This document shows positions 18,750 to 26,805 of a DNA stretch of 38,416 nucleotides, in pieces. The notes below the pieces were generated by a model. That model did no database searches. It was given only the letters and a program-made list of their open reading frames with translations, and was not told the DNA's origin. The position numbers and the translations under genes are program-made. Origin of the DNA: Chitinophagaceae bacterium (GTDB taxonomy: Bacteria > Bacteroidota > Bacteroidia > Chitinophagales > Chitinophagaceae); the NCBI GenBank assembly GCA_036002905.1, contig DASYSW010000331.1:1-38416 (forward strand), in the 5' to 3' direction. How positions within the stretch are numbered: the stretch's first letter is position 1; every line of letters begins with the position of its first letter.

Positions 18750-20114
18750 TTATTCTTTTATAAATTCAACTCTTCGATTGTTGGCTTTTCCTTCGGTTGT
18801 GTTGTTTGTGTCTACCGGTTGTGAGGCTCCTTTGCCATCTGTATCGAGACGCGTGGCATCAATACCAAAGTCTTTTGCGAGGCTGGCTTTAACAGATTCG
18901 GCTCTCCGTTTGGAGAGGATCAGATTATCGGCATCTTTCCCGTCAGAGTCAGTATGACCGACTATTTTGACTTTTACTGAAGAGTTTTCTGCGAGGACGT
19001 TTGCAATGTCCTTCAAGACACCATTTGATTCGGGCCTGATCTTATCGCTATTCACGTCAAACAAAATTCCGCGGGTCACAAACTTTCCTTCGGTGATCAG
19101 CTTATTCCTTGTGTCCGGGGCGCCGGCTGCGAATTTGATATTCCCGACCAGGTACCGATCCTCATCTTTCACATCACCCCATATTTCAAACAAGACTGTA
19201 CCGTAATTTTTATTGTCAGCGAAGGCACGTGGAAGGTCATATACCTTTTCTTCATTGAAGTAAACGCGAAGCCGTTGTTTTTGGCGCCACACCGAAACAT
19301 GTAATTTTGTTCTTCCGTTATTGCTGTTGAACTGGCTCGTATTGATCTCATTTTTGATAATGCTGTTGCCGTCTTCAAAGCTTTCTTCCAGGGCTATCCC
19401 GCCATTCAAACCAGCGGCCGTAGGATGAACTCCAATTTTTACTCCCGATCTTTTTTCCCCAGGAATAAAACTGTAATCGAACACTTCTTTGCCACTATTA
19501 TTTCCCGTTAGAAAGTAAACTAAGAGATGGGGAGAGTAGAAGCTGAATTTTTCGTTGCATACTACGTCGTATTCGAAGGTGAAATTGTCAGGTAACTCCT
19601 TTATATATTCCGGGATATATTTCCCCTGTTTTCTAACCATTAGCCAATGCCCTTCCCCGGTTGAAGTTGTCACCACTTCACCGCTTGAATTTGTATTCCA
19701 TGTTACGGGAAAGTCACCGATGGCATCTTTTGAGAAATCGTCGTAAGCGAGAATTTTATCTCCTGGAATGAAGTCGAACTTGCTATAGGTCTTAAAACTT
19801 GCAGCACTGCCACCATTGTCTTTTTTAGAATTGTTGTCAGTTGCATTGGCAGTATTAGATCCGTTACCCGTTGGACCAGCAGAGTTGTTATTGGTGGTGT
19901 TATCAGAAGTCGTCTTTTTCTTTTTGTCAAATATCTTCCCCAGGATCTTATCGCTGAGCTTATCTGCTGCTTTCTCCGTTGCCACTGTTGTTCCTTCTTT
20001 TGCTCCTTCCTTTACTCCCTGTGCAGCCTGTTGCTTAAGTATGTCGGAAGTGGATTGCGCAGAAGCTACCAGTGATACGATTACTAAAAACGCGCATAAA
20101 AATAAATGCCTCAT
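18750..20114 (-). CDS. OmpA-family protein: signal peptide, low-complexity linker, central beta-sandwich-like domain and C-terminal OmpA/peptidoglycan-binding domain
   Basis: The C-terminus is VKIVGHTDSDGKDADNLILSKRRAESV...NRRVEFI. The signal peptide MRHLFLCAFLVIVSLVASAQ favours the ATG at 20114 over 20180. Confidence 0.85.
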   Translation of the reverse strand: MRHLFLCAFLVIVSLVASAQSTSDILKQQAAQGVKEGAKEGTTVATEKAADKLSDKILGKIFDKKKKTTSDNTTNNNSAGPTGNGSNTANATDNNSKKDNGGSAASFKTYSKFDFIPGDKILAYDDFSKDAIGDFPVTWNTNSSGEVVTTSTGEGHWLMVRKQGKYIPEYIKELPDNFTFEYDVVCNEKFSFYSPHLLVYFLTGNNSGKEVFDYSFIPGEKRSGVKIGVHPTAAGLNGGIALEESFEDGNSIIKNEINTSQFNSNNGRTKLHVSVWRQKQRLRVYFNEEKVYDLPRAFADNKNYGTVLFEIWGDVKDEDRYLVGNIKFAAGAPDTRNKLITEGKFVTRGILFDVNSDKIRPESNGVLKDIANVLAENSSVKVKIVGHTDSDGKDADNLILSKRRAESVKASLAKDFGIDATRLDTDGKGASQPVDTNNTTEGKANNRRVEFIKE

Positions 20115-20551
20115 AAAAAAAAATTTTAGGTTTGAAATCGGTTTATGGTCTTCCATGAGTCGCTTCAATGGGTGGGGCATTAAATAGTAAACCCGAAGCT
20201 ATTAACCGGCTGTGCGTTTTTAAATTCGTATTGCGTAACTGGTGAGAGATATTCAGTAAATGGCGGGAAACAGACAAATGGTCTGGCTGATCTGTAAAGT
20301 CAGCATTGGAGCCAGTAGGTCAAATCGAAAATTCTTTCGATCGCTAATTTAATGGCGAAGAAACTTTCTGCAATAAATTTCAAAAGGGAAAAATGAAAAT
20401 CCTGGAGATGCCACCGTGACTCCACCTGTTAGGCTAGCTAACAGGCGGGTCGGATTTTGTTTTAAAATCTTTCAATGGATTTGGACTACGGCGGCTGGAC
20501 AGTCAATTGTTGGCGTTAACCTCAAATTGGTTTCCATCGGATTGGATGGTT

Positions 20552-20587
20552 TAAGGACGTTGGATTTGGGTTCTAAGGACGTTGGAT
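20552..20587 (+). repeat. Perfect 14-bp direct repeat TAAGGACGTTGGAT, two copies with a 22-bp period
   Basis: The copies are at 20552-20565 and 20574-20587. A degenerate third copy (TTAGGACGGTTTTGGAC) lies at about 20746-20762. The repeat is embedded in a GGAT-rich array. Confidence 0.8.
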
Positions 20588-20974
20588 CTTAACTATTTTT
20601 CAAGGATCTGGTGGTTTTCGGTCGGATCGGTTTTAAGTCTATTTTCGATAGGATCAATTGGTTTTGGTTTATCATTTTATCCTAAAAAGGAAGAAGTTGA
20701 TCGATATTGGATTTCTGGTTGGTTTTTCAGGATTTGGATAAATTCTTAGGACGGTTTTGGACATTGGACAGATTGATGCTATATCAATCAACTTCTGGAT
20801 CAAAAGTATGTCGCCATTGTTAAATTGTATAGAGCAAAATTGCCCCTTTTTATTACGACAGTATTTACCCAAAAACTAGTAATACAGCTAAGTATTTAAT
20901 TGCAAAACCCCGCTAAGGGACCTAGTATAACTACGATTTTATGTTTAAAACGCGCACGTTAAAGAGTCGGTCTC

Positions 20975-22333
20975 TTACTTCCCGAGAGCCTGGATGACAT
21001 CGTACTTCGTAACAATATGAAAGCTGCCCGCTTCATCTTTTGCCAGCACGGCACCATTTTCCTTATTGATAAGCGAGCTCAATTTTTCCACAGGTGTGTC
21101 AAAGTCGACGATCGGGTAGGAGGGTTCGAGCACGGATTCAATTTTTGAATGTTTTATTTCGGGATTGTCGAATATCTTTTGAAAAAGGCCGCTTTCACTG
21201 ATGGCTCCAATAGGTCCGTTATGATTCATGACTGGGATATGTTCAATATCATATCTCTTCATCAAGTCTACAGCCTGTGAAACGGTCTGACCGGCTTCAA
21301 TTGTCACCAATTTTTGAGCTCCCCGTGCGCTGATAATGTCTTTGAACGTTTTCACATCCAGGAAACCTCTTTCAATCATCCACTGATCATTATAAATTTT
21401 AGCGACATACCTGCTGCCATGATCATGAAAAATGCAAACAACCAGGTCACCCTTTTTCAATTTATTTTTTAATTGCATTAATCCCTGGAGACAGCTTCCG
21501 GCGCTATACCCGCAAAATATGCCTTCTTCCTTTGCTAACTTTCTTGCCATAACTGCACCTGCTTTATCGGTCACCTGTTCAAAATGATCGATCACACTCA
21601 TGTCATAATTTTTAGGAACAAAGTCTTCGCCGAAACCTTCACTGATGTAGGGATGAACTTCGCTAATATCCACCTCACCGGTGCGGAAATATTTTGTAAG
21701 CAGCGAACCATATACATCAATGGCCCAAACTTGTATGTTAGGATTTTTTTCTTTTAAGAACATCGCTGTTCCCGTGATTGTTCCTCCTGTCCCCGCCGTG
21801 CAAACAAGATGCGTGATCTTTCCATCCGTTTGTTTCCATATTTCGGGACCGGTGGTTTCATAATGGGCAAGGCGATTCGCGAGATTATCGTATTGATTGC
21901 ATAAATATGAATTTGGAATTTCCTTTTCCAAACGTCGTGCAACAGAATAATAGCTCCGGGGGTCCTCAGGTTCTACATTGGTGGGACACACAATTACTTC
22001 GGCGCCCAATGCTTTTAAGATATCAGCTTTTTCCTTTGATTGTTTATCTGTAGTTGTAAAAATGCATTTATATCCTTTGACGACCGCGACCAACGCCAGG
22101 CCCATTCCCGTATTCCCACTCGTACACTCAATGATTGTTCCACCGGGTTTCAGCTTTCCGTCTTTTTCTGCCATCTCAACCATCTTCACGGCCATCCGAT
22201 CCTTGATTGAGTTGCCCGGATTGAAATAATCCACTTTTGCCAGCACCGTACACGGAAAATCTTTGCAGACCTTATTCAGTTTTATCAATGGTGTATTGCC
22301 AATCGTTTCAAGGATGTTGTTCTTGATATCCAT
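20975..22333 (-). CDS. PLP-dependent cysteine synthase / cystathionine beta-synthase-like enzyme with a C-terminal CBS-domain pair
   Basis: TPLIKLNK, NPGNSIKDR (PLP lysine) and SGNTG are present. A C-terminal region of about 120 aa has a CBS-pair pattern. Confidence 0.85.
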   Translation of the reverse strand: MDIKNNILETIGNTPLIKLNKVCKDFPCTVLAKVDYFNPGNSIKDRMAVKMVEMAEKDGKLKPGGTIIECTSGNTGMGLALVAVVKGYKCIFTTTDKQSKEKADILKALGAEVIVCPTNVEPEDPRSYYSVARRLEKEIPNSYLCNQYDNLANRLAHYETTGPEIWKQTDGKITHLVCTAGTGGTITGTAMFLKEKNPNIQVWAIDVYGSLLTKYFRTGEVDISEVHPYISEGFGEDFVPKNYDMSVIDHFEQVTDKAGAVMARKLAKEEGIFCGYSAGSCLQGLMQLKNKLKKGDLVVCIFHDHGSRYVAKIYNDQWMIERGFLDVKTFKDIISARGAQKLVTIEAGQTVSQAVDLMKRYDIEHIPVMNHNGPIGAISESGLFQKIFDNPEIKHSKIESVLEPSYPIVDFDTPVEKLSSLINKENGAVLAKDEAGSFHIVTKYDVIQALGK

Positions 22334-22375
22334 ATTTTTCTTTATGAGTGTAAAGTTAAGAATTTGGCAGGCAGA

Positions 22376-22414
22376 ATGGTGAGTGATAAGTGGTGAATGG
22401 CGAGTGGTGAATAG
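22376..22414. repeat. Heptad nnGGTGA repeat copy
   Basis: atGGTGAgtGATAAgtGGTGAatGGCGAgtGGTGAatag lies 43 bp upstream of the CBS-like gene start. Confidence 0.7.
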
Positions 22415-22713
22415 CAGACGGCCTTAAGGCTGTTGAGGAGTAGGACGGTTTTTGGAACTAAGTGAGAATTGCTCCGGAGGAGGCAAAATATAAATAACAA
22501 CGGGCTTTAGCCGTTCAACAAAATGATGGATGCGTAAGACCTCCGGCGGAGTTCAATTTGCTGAATAGAGTTGGTGCAGTACAAGTGAGTGACACAACCG
22601 AAGTTAAATAGAGTTCAAGCTGCTGACATAACAAAAAATAAATGCTAAGGGACAAGGAGTGGAGAAGGAGAAAAGAGAAATCATACCAATCAAATCAACC
22701 AGCGCGACCTGCG

Positions 22714-22743
22714 ATAAAAAAGCCCTCCCTTTCGGGAAGGCTT
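22714..22743 (-). terminator. Rho-independent terminator after the anti-sigma gene
   Basis: The minus strand reads AGCCTTCCC-GAAA-GGGAGGGCT followed by TTTTTTAT. The one non-Watson-Crick pair is G-U only on the minus strand, which supports this orientation. Confidence 0.7.
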
Positions 22744-22766
22744 ACCGGACCTGATGATAAGAACCA

Positions 22767-23279
22767 TCAAGCTTCTTTCTGTAATTTTTTCTTTTTGGCA
22801 GCGAGGTACCTGTCGAGTAACATCAATCCGAGCACCACATTGATCATCATAAAAACATTTACATAAGTGTTATTGAAAAATTTGCCGTAATCAACCTTGC
22901 TTATGTCGATAGGTAATTTTTCATTACCACCAGCGGACCAATCGACTTGTCCAAATCCATAAATCAAAAATCCGATGACCAATGTGATAAAGAAGATCCC
23001 GATGCCCCAAATGATCTTATTGTTAATGTACGCTTTTGTAGCTGGGGCAATTTGATACTTCGCGATCTCTTCCATCACGTTTTTGGTGAATCGCAGGGAC
23101 GGTTCTTCAAGCGCAGATGATTGCACCAGTTGATGAAGTTCAAGCAACTCGTGGTACTTCTCTTTCCATTGCTTGTTTGTTTCGATCAATCTTTCAATGG
23201 CAGGTTTTTCCTCAACGGAACTTTGTCCATCGATGTACTCCCACAACCTGTCATCAATATTATTTTTATTTTCTTCCAT
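22767..23279 (-). CDS. Putative anti-sigma factor / membrane protein
   Basis: The N-terminus LWEYIDGQSSVEE is typical of Bacteroidota anti-sigma partners. It has two TM segments and lies 20 bp downstream of the ECF sigma gene. Confidence 0.6.
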   Translation of the reverse strand: MEENKNNIDDRLWEYIDGQSSVEEKPAIERLIETNKQWKEKYHELLELHQLVQSSALEEPSLRFTKNVMEEIAKYQIAPATKAYINNKIIWGIGIFFITLVIGFLIYGFGQVDWSAGGNEKLPIDISKVDYGKFFNNTYVNVFMMINVVLGLMLLDRYLAAKKKKLQKEA

Positions 23280-23299
23280 ATTAAATGGCTTTTATCAGT

Positions 23300-23881
23300 T
23301 TAGTGAAGATCTTTTATTTCTTCCGTAAAATGTTTTTCCATCTTATCCTTTAACCGCGCCCGGGCCCTGTGAAGTCGTACTTTTGCAGCATTGACCTCCA
23401 CGCCAAGTATCTGGCTGATCTCCTCAAGACTTTGCTCATTTTTGTAAAACAAAGTTATGATCTCGGCATCATCGGGATTTAACATAGCGATCGCCTGGTT
23501 TACCATAATCAGCCTTGATTTCTGCTCTACCTGGTTCGCCCTGAAACCTGAATCCTGGCTATCAGCTACCTCGAATGTTCTTTCATCATCGAGTGACTTT
23601 ACATCTAAACGCTTTTTTCTCAGAAAGGTGATGCAGGTCGTATTAACAATGGTATAAAGCCAGGTGCTGAATTTTGCCGTCCCTTTAAAATCTGCCAAAG
23701 AGCGATAAGCCTTAACAAATATGTCTTGTGAAACCTCCTCTGCATCCTCCCTGTTTTTGGTAAAGCGGAAAGTAAGTGTAAACACATACGACTTATACCG
23801 CTCGACCAATAGGGCATAGGCGTTATGGTCGCCTTTCAGCACAAGGCTGATGATTTCACTATCTGAAGGTCCGGTTGACAT
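23300..23881 (-). CDS. RNA polymerase ECF-type sigma-70 factor
   Basis: Region 2 is EDAEEVSQDIFVKAYRSL..FSTWLYTI. Region 4 is SLEEISQILGVEVNAAKVRLHRAR. Confidence 0.9.
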   Translation of the reverse strand: MSTGPSDSEIISLVLKGDHNAYALLVERYKSYVFTLTFRFTKNREDAEEVSQDIFVKAYRSLADFKGTAKFSTWLYTIVNTTCITFLRKKRLDVKSLDDERTFEVADSQDSGFRANQVEQKSRLIMVNQAIAMLNPDDAEIITLFYKNEQSLEEISQILGVEVNAAKVRLHRARARLKDKMEKHFTEEIKDLH

Positions 23882-23892
23882 TCTATATTATA

Positions 23893-23920
23893 AGACTACA
23901 GGGCAACTGCCGGGGTTACA
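23893..23920 (-). promoter_or_regulatory. Candidate ECF-type promoter TGTAACC-N17-GTCT upstream of the sigma factor gene (autoregulation)
   Basis: The minus strand reads aTGTAACCccggcagttgccctgtaGTCTtataat. The -10-like GTCT ends 11 nt before the ATG. Confidence 0.45.
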
Positions 23921-23986
23921 TAACTAAGGTACAAGGTTAAACGGAGAAGGTGTGGCATATATATAGTCGGAATTTTTGCCATTTAT

Positions 23987-24014
23987 TGTAACCTGGCTGA
24001 ACAGGTTGTGGTCA
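23987..24014 (+). promoter_or_regulatory. Candidate ECF-type promoter TGTAACC-N17-GTCA (distal), facing the divergent membrane-protein genes
   Basis: tTGTAACCtggctgaacaggttgtgGTCAtag has the same half-sites and the same 17-nt spacer as the other two copies. Confidence 0.4.
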
Positions 24015-24054
24015 TAGTTAGTGTAAATTGATTCGAAAAAAGTTCTTTAAAGGC

Positions 24055-24082
24055 TGTAACCAGGTTTTCCAGATGGTAGTCA
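24055..24082 (+). promoter_or_regulatory. Candidate ECF-type promoter TGTAACC-N17-GTCA (proximal)
   Basis: cTGTAACCaggttttccagatggtaGTCAaag lies about 45 nt upstream of the ATG at 24127. Confidence 0.45.
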
Positions 24083-24126
24083 AAGAACGTAACGAACAAA
24101 ATTCATTCACAATAAAAATTTATTTT

Positions 24127-24474
24127 ATGCACGGAGGAGAATTTTTAATTCCAATTGTAATGTTTGCCGGAGGCTTCGCCATGATATTTGGCATCGTTTA
24201 CCTGAAAACGCGCCAAAATCTGGCCATGATCGAGAAAGGCATGAATCCAAAGGAAAGGGTAAGAAGATCAACGCCTACCTATCTTAAATGGGGGATGCTT
24301 CTGATCGGAGCAGGCATCGGATTGCTGGCAGCTTTCCTGATCGATACGACAATGATCCCAAGGGAAATTGAGCCGGTTGCTTTGTATTTTTCACTGATCG
24401 CCATTGGCGGCGGGATTGGTTTGGTAGCTTCCTACCGGATCGATAGAAAAGAATTATTGAATGGGAATGACTAA
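24127..24474 (+). CDS. Small membrane protein (DUF6249-like)
   Basis: MHGGEFLIPIVMFAGGFAMIFGIVYLKTRQNLAMIEKGMNP is followed by further TM segments. The start is set at 24127 because the ORF-track extension from 24028 overlaps the promoter-like motifs. Confidence 0.6.
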   Translation: MHGGEFLIPIVMFAGGFAMIFGIVYLKTRQNLAMIEKGMNPKERVRRSTPTYLKWGMLLIGAGIGLLAAFLIDTTMIPREIEPVALYFSLIAIGGGIGLVASYRIDRKELLNGND

Positions 24475-24499
24475 ATAATTGCCCCTCAAGAAAACTTTA

Positions 24500-25102
24500 A
24501 TGTCAGAGACTTTTACACCGGCACTTTCAACAAAATCTTCTCAACTTGAAAAAAGAGTAGAGGGGTTTTGTTTAATTATTGCTCCTGTGTTGTTTGCGGC
24601 TTCCACTTTCTTTTGGCAGGATGGCGAATACGGAGTGGAAGCGGCGATCCTGATCATCTTTTCGATGTTCTTTTGGATCCCGGCACTCAAAGGTCTTTTT
24701 TCCCTTATCAAAAATGAGATGCCGCGATATGCCGTGGCGGGCTTATGGATAGCCGTATTTGGATGCATCAGCGGTGTGTGCTTTGCTTTTCTCGGCTACC
24801 TGGCTACGATCTTCAATATTTCACATGAGGAATACCTTAACTCATTATCCCATTATCCTGTTACTTCTCAAATATTACTATTTGGATCAGGTCCCTTGTT
24901 TCCGTTAAGCATTTTGGTTCTTGGAATCAATCTGATGTTGAAACGTTCTGTACCTGTCTGGATCAGCATCTTATTTTGTATAGCGGCAATATCGTTCCCG
25001 TTGAGTCGCGTTCCGCGTATCGAATGGATGGCTCACATCGCGGACCTGGTCATGCTTATTCCTTCCCTTGCAATTGCCCGGGAACTACTTAGAAAAGATT
25101 AA
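24500..25102 (+). CDS. Multi-pass membrane protein, family not recognised
   Basis: About 200 aa with about 6 hydrophobic segments. It lies 25 bp downstream of the previous gene. The ATG at 24500 is preferred over the TTG at 24479. Confidence 0.55.
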   Translation: MSETFTPALSTKSSQLEKRVEGFCLIIAPVLFAASTFFWQDGEYGVEAAILIIFSMFFWIPALKGLFSLIKNEMPRYAVAGLWIAVFGCISGVCFAFLGYLATIFNISHEEYLNSLSHYPVTSQILLFGSGPLFPLSILVLGINLMLKRSVPVWISILFCIAAISFPLSRVPRIEWMAHIADLVMLIPSLAIARELLRKD

Positions 25103-26700
25103 TCCTTCAAAACTTCAAGGGCTTTTTTTATGGCAGTGTCATCCATATTCAGGATCTCATAAAAACCCTCGTTTCTCCATTTATAACGTGCGAGGTAAGC
25201 TTTCAATCGTTGTTTAATTCCGTCCTGGTCCCTCTCCGGTATATTCTTTAAATAGATTGTATCCTTTTTTGCATAATTCACCAATTGGTTCCACACATCA
25301 TTGATGCCGGTAAACCTTTGCGCAAAATCAATCGCGGACTTATATTGATCGAGCTGCGTCAGGTTGCGGACGTAATAATTGTAAACAAAGTTATTGAAGG
25401 TGGCCGTCTCGAGGTACAATTCAGTAACGTTGTGCTGTATGTTATTGGTGTCGAGGGGTACAAAAACATCAGGCATGATGCCTCCACCACCATAGACTTT
25501 CTTTTTATCCTTGCCCAGTGTGGTATAAACTTGTCCTTTGTTTATTTTGTTGGAGTCGGAGTGCAACAACTCACCGTCTTTATATCGTTCCCAGATATCT
25601 TCCATGTAAACCTTTTTCCCTTTGTCGTAAGATCGTTGAATGCTTCTGCCAACAGGTGTATAATAACGCGCCACCGTTAATCGTATCGCGGAACCATCAC
25701 TCAGCTCATATTGTTCCTGCACAAGTCCCTTCCCAAAAGTTCTTCTTCCAACAATGGTTGCCCTTTCCCAATCCTGCAGGGCTCCTGAAACGATCTCGCT
25801 TGCGCTTGCGGAAAGTTCGTCAACCAACACGACCAGTTTGCCGCTCTCAAACAGACCCGGACGTTTGGCCGTATATTCTCTTCTCCTAACATTCGTGCCT
25901 TCTGTGTAAACGATCAGTTTATTGTCATCAAGAAATTCATCGGCGATCTGAATGGCCTGGTCCATGAGGCCTCCTCCATTTCCACGCAAGTCCAGGATCA
26001 ACTTTTGCAGACCCTGCTTTTTCATGTCTTCCATCGCTTGCATGAATTCTGCATAAGTATTTTCAGAAAACTTATTCAGTTTGATGTAGCCAATGTTCTT
26101 ATCGATCATGTATGCTGCGTCACGAGAAGGGACAGGGATGCGGCCCCTGGTAACAGGGATTGTAAGAATTTTGTTATTCCGTAAAATGGTAAGATTGATT
26201 TGGCTGGTCCCCGGTCCACGTATCAATTTTTTGACCTCATCACTCGAGATCTTTTGCCCGGCAATAGGCTTATCATTTACTTTCAGTATTCTGTCAGCCA
26301 CAAGCAAGCCAGCCTTATCACTTGGCCCATCCGGCACAACATACAACACGTTTACAGTGTCGGAGAAAATATTAAATTCAACACCAATGCCTTCAAAATT
26401 CCCGGCAATATCATCATTCACATCTTTCAGGGCACTGGCGGGTATATAGACAGAGTGTGGATCAAGCCCACTCATCATTTGCTGAATAGCGCCTTCTTCG
26501 AGCGTATCCATATGTACCGAATCAACGTATCTTGATTTGATCAATTCAAGGGCTTCTTCGAGTGAATTTCTTTTTGCGAGGGCAAAGAAACTCTTGGTTG
26601 TGCCTGTTTGTTTGTGAAGATTAAAGCCAAAAAACATCCCGGCTATCATGACGACAGAAAAGATCAGGGGCAGCCAAACCTGTAATTTTTTATTACTCAT
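25099..26700 (-). CDS. ctp: S41 family carboxy-terminal processing peptidase
   Basis: It has an N-terminal TM anchor and a PDZ block (DGPSDKAGLLVADRILKVND). The S41 core is LDLRGNGGG and VDELSASASEI...GRRTFGKG. I start the gene at the ATG at 26700. Confidence 0.85.
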   Translation of the reverse strand: MSNKKLQVWLPLIFSVVMIAGMFFGFNLHKQTGTTKSFFALAKRNSLEEALELIKSRYVDSVHMDTLEEGAIQQMMSGLDPHSVYIPASALKDVNDDIAGNFEGIGVEFNIFSDTVNVLYVVPDGPSDKAGLLVADRILKVNDKPIAGQKISSDEVKKLIRGPGTSQINLTILRNNKILTIPVTRGRIPVPSRDAAYMIDKNIGYIKLNKFSENTYAEFMQAMEDMKKQGLQKLILDLRGNGGGLMDQAIQIADEFLDDNKLIVYTEGTNVRRREYTAKRPGLFESGKLVVLVDELSASASEIVSGALQDWERATIVGRRTFGKGLVQEQYELSDGSAIRLTVARYYTPVGRSIQRSYDKGKKVYMEDIWERYKDGELLHSDSNKINKGQVYTTLGKDKKKVYGGGGIMPDVFVPLDTNNIQHNVTELYLETATFNNFVYNYYVRNLTQLDQYKSAIDFAQRFTGINDVWNQLVNYAKKDTIYLKNIPERDQDGIKQRLKAYLARYKWRNEGFYEILNMDDTAIKKALEVLKD

Positions 26701-26805
26701 CTCTTTGCTTTCTTTGTAATTTGATCGCAAAATACTGGATTTGTATTTAACGATTTTAGGTACAGACTTATTACAACAAAACTTTTGGCTTCTGGTTGAA
26801 AAAAC

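Noticed and set aside
20470-20805. Possible replication origin. The region has GGAT/ATCC cores, one TTTGGATAA that matches the DnaA box TGTGGATAA at 8/9 positions, and several GATC sites.
   Set aside because: Only one near-consensus DnaA box is present. Most sites match at 5/9 or fewer positions. There is no adjacent AT-rich unwinding element, dnaA or dnaN. GC-skew analysis of the whole replicon would be needed, so this is kept only as a remote alternative.
20672-20872. 66-aa minus-strand ORF in the gene-free region
   Set aside because: It has no recognisable motif, overlaps the GGAT-rich low-complexity array, and its composition looks like translated repeat sequence.
25099-25102. 4-bp stop/stop overlap (TTAA) of convergent genes, and the 3-bp gap between the convergent TraB-like gene and ndk (12032/12036)
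   Set aside because: Compact convergent gene ends are common. No hairpin or regulatory signal is visible, so this is noted only as tight packing without terminators.
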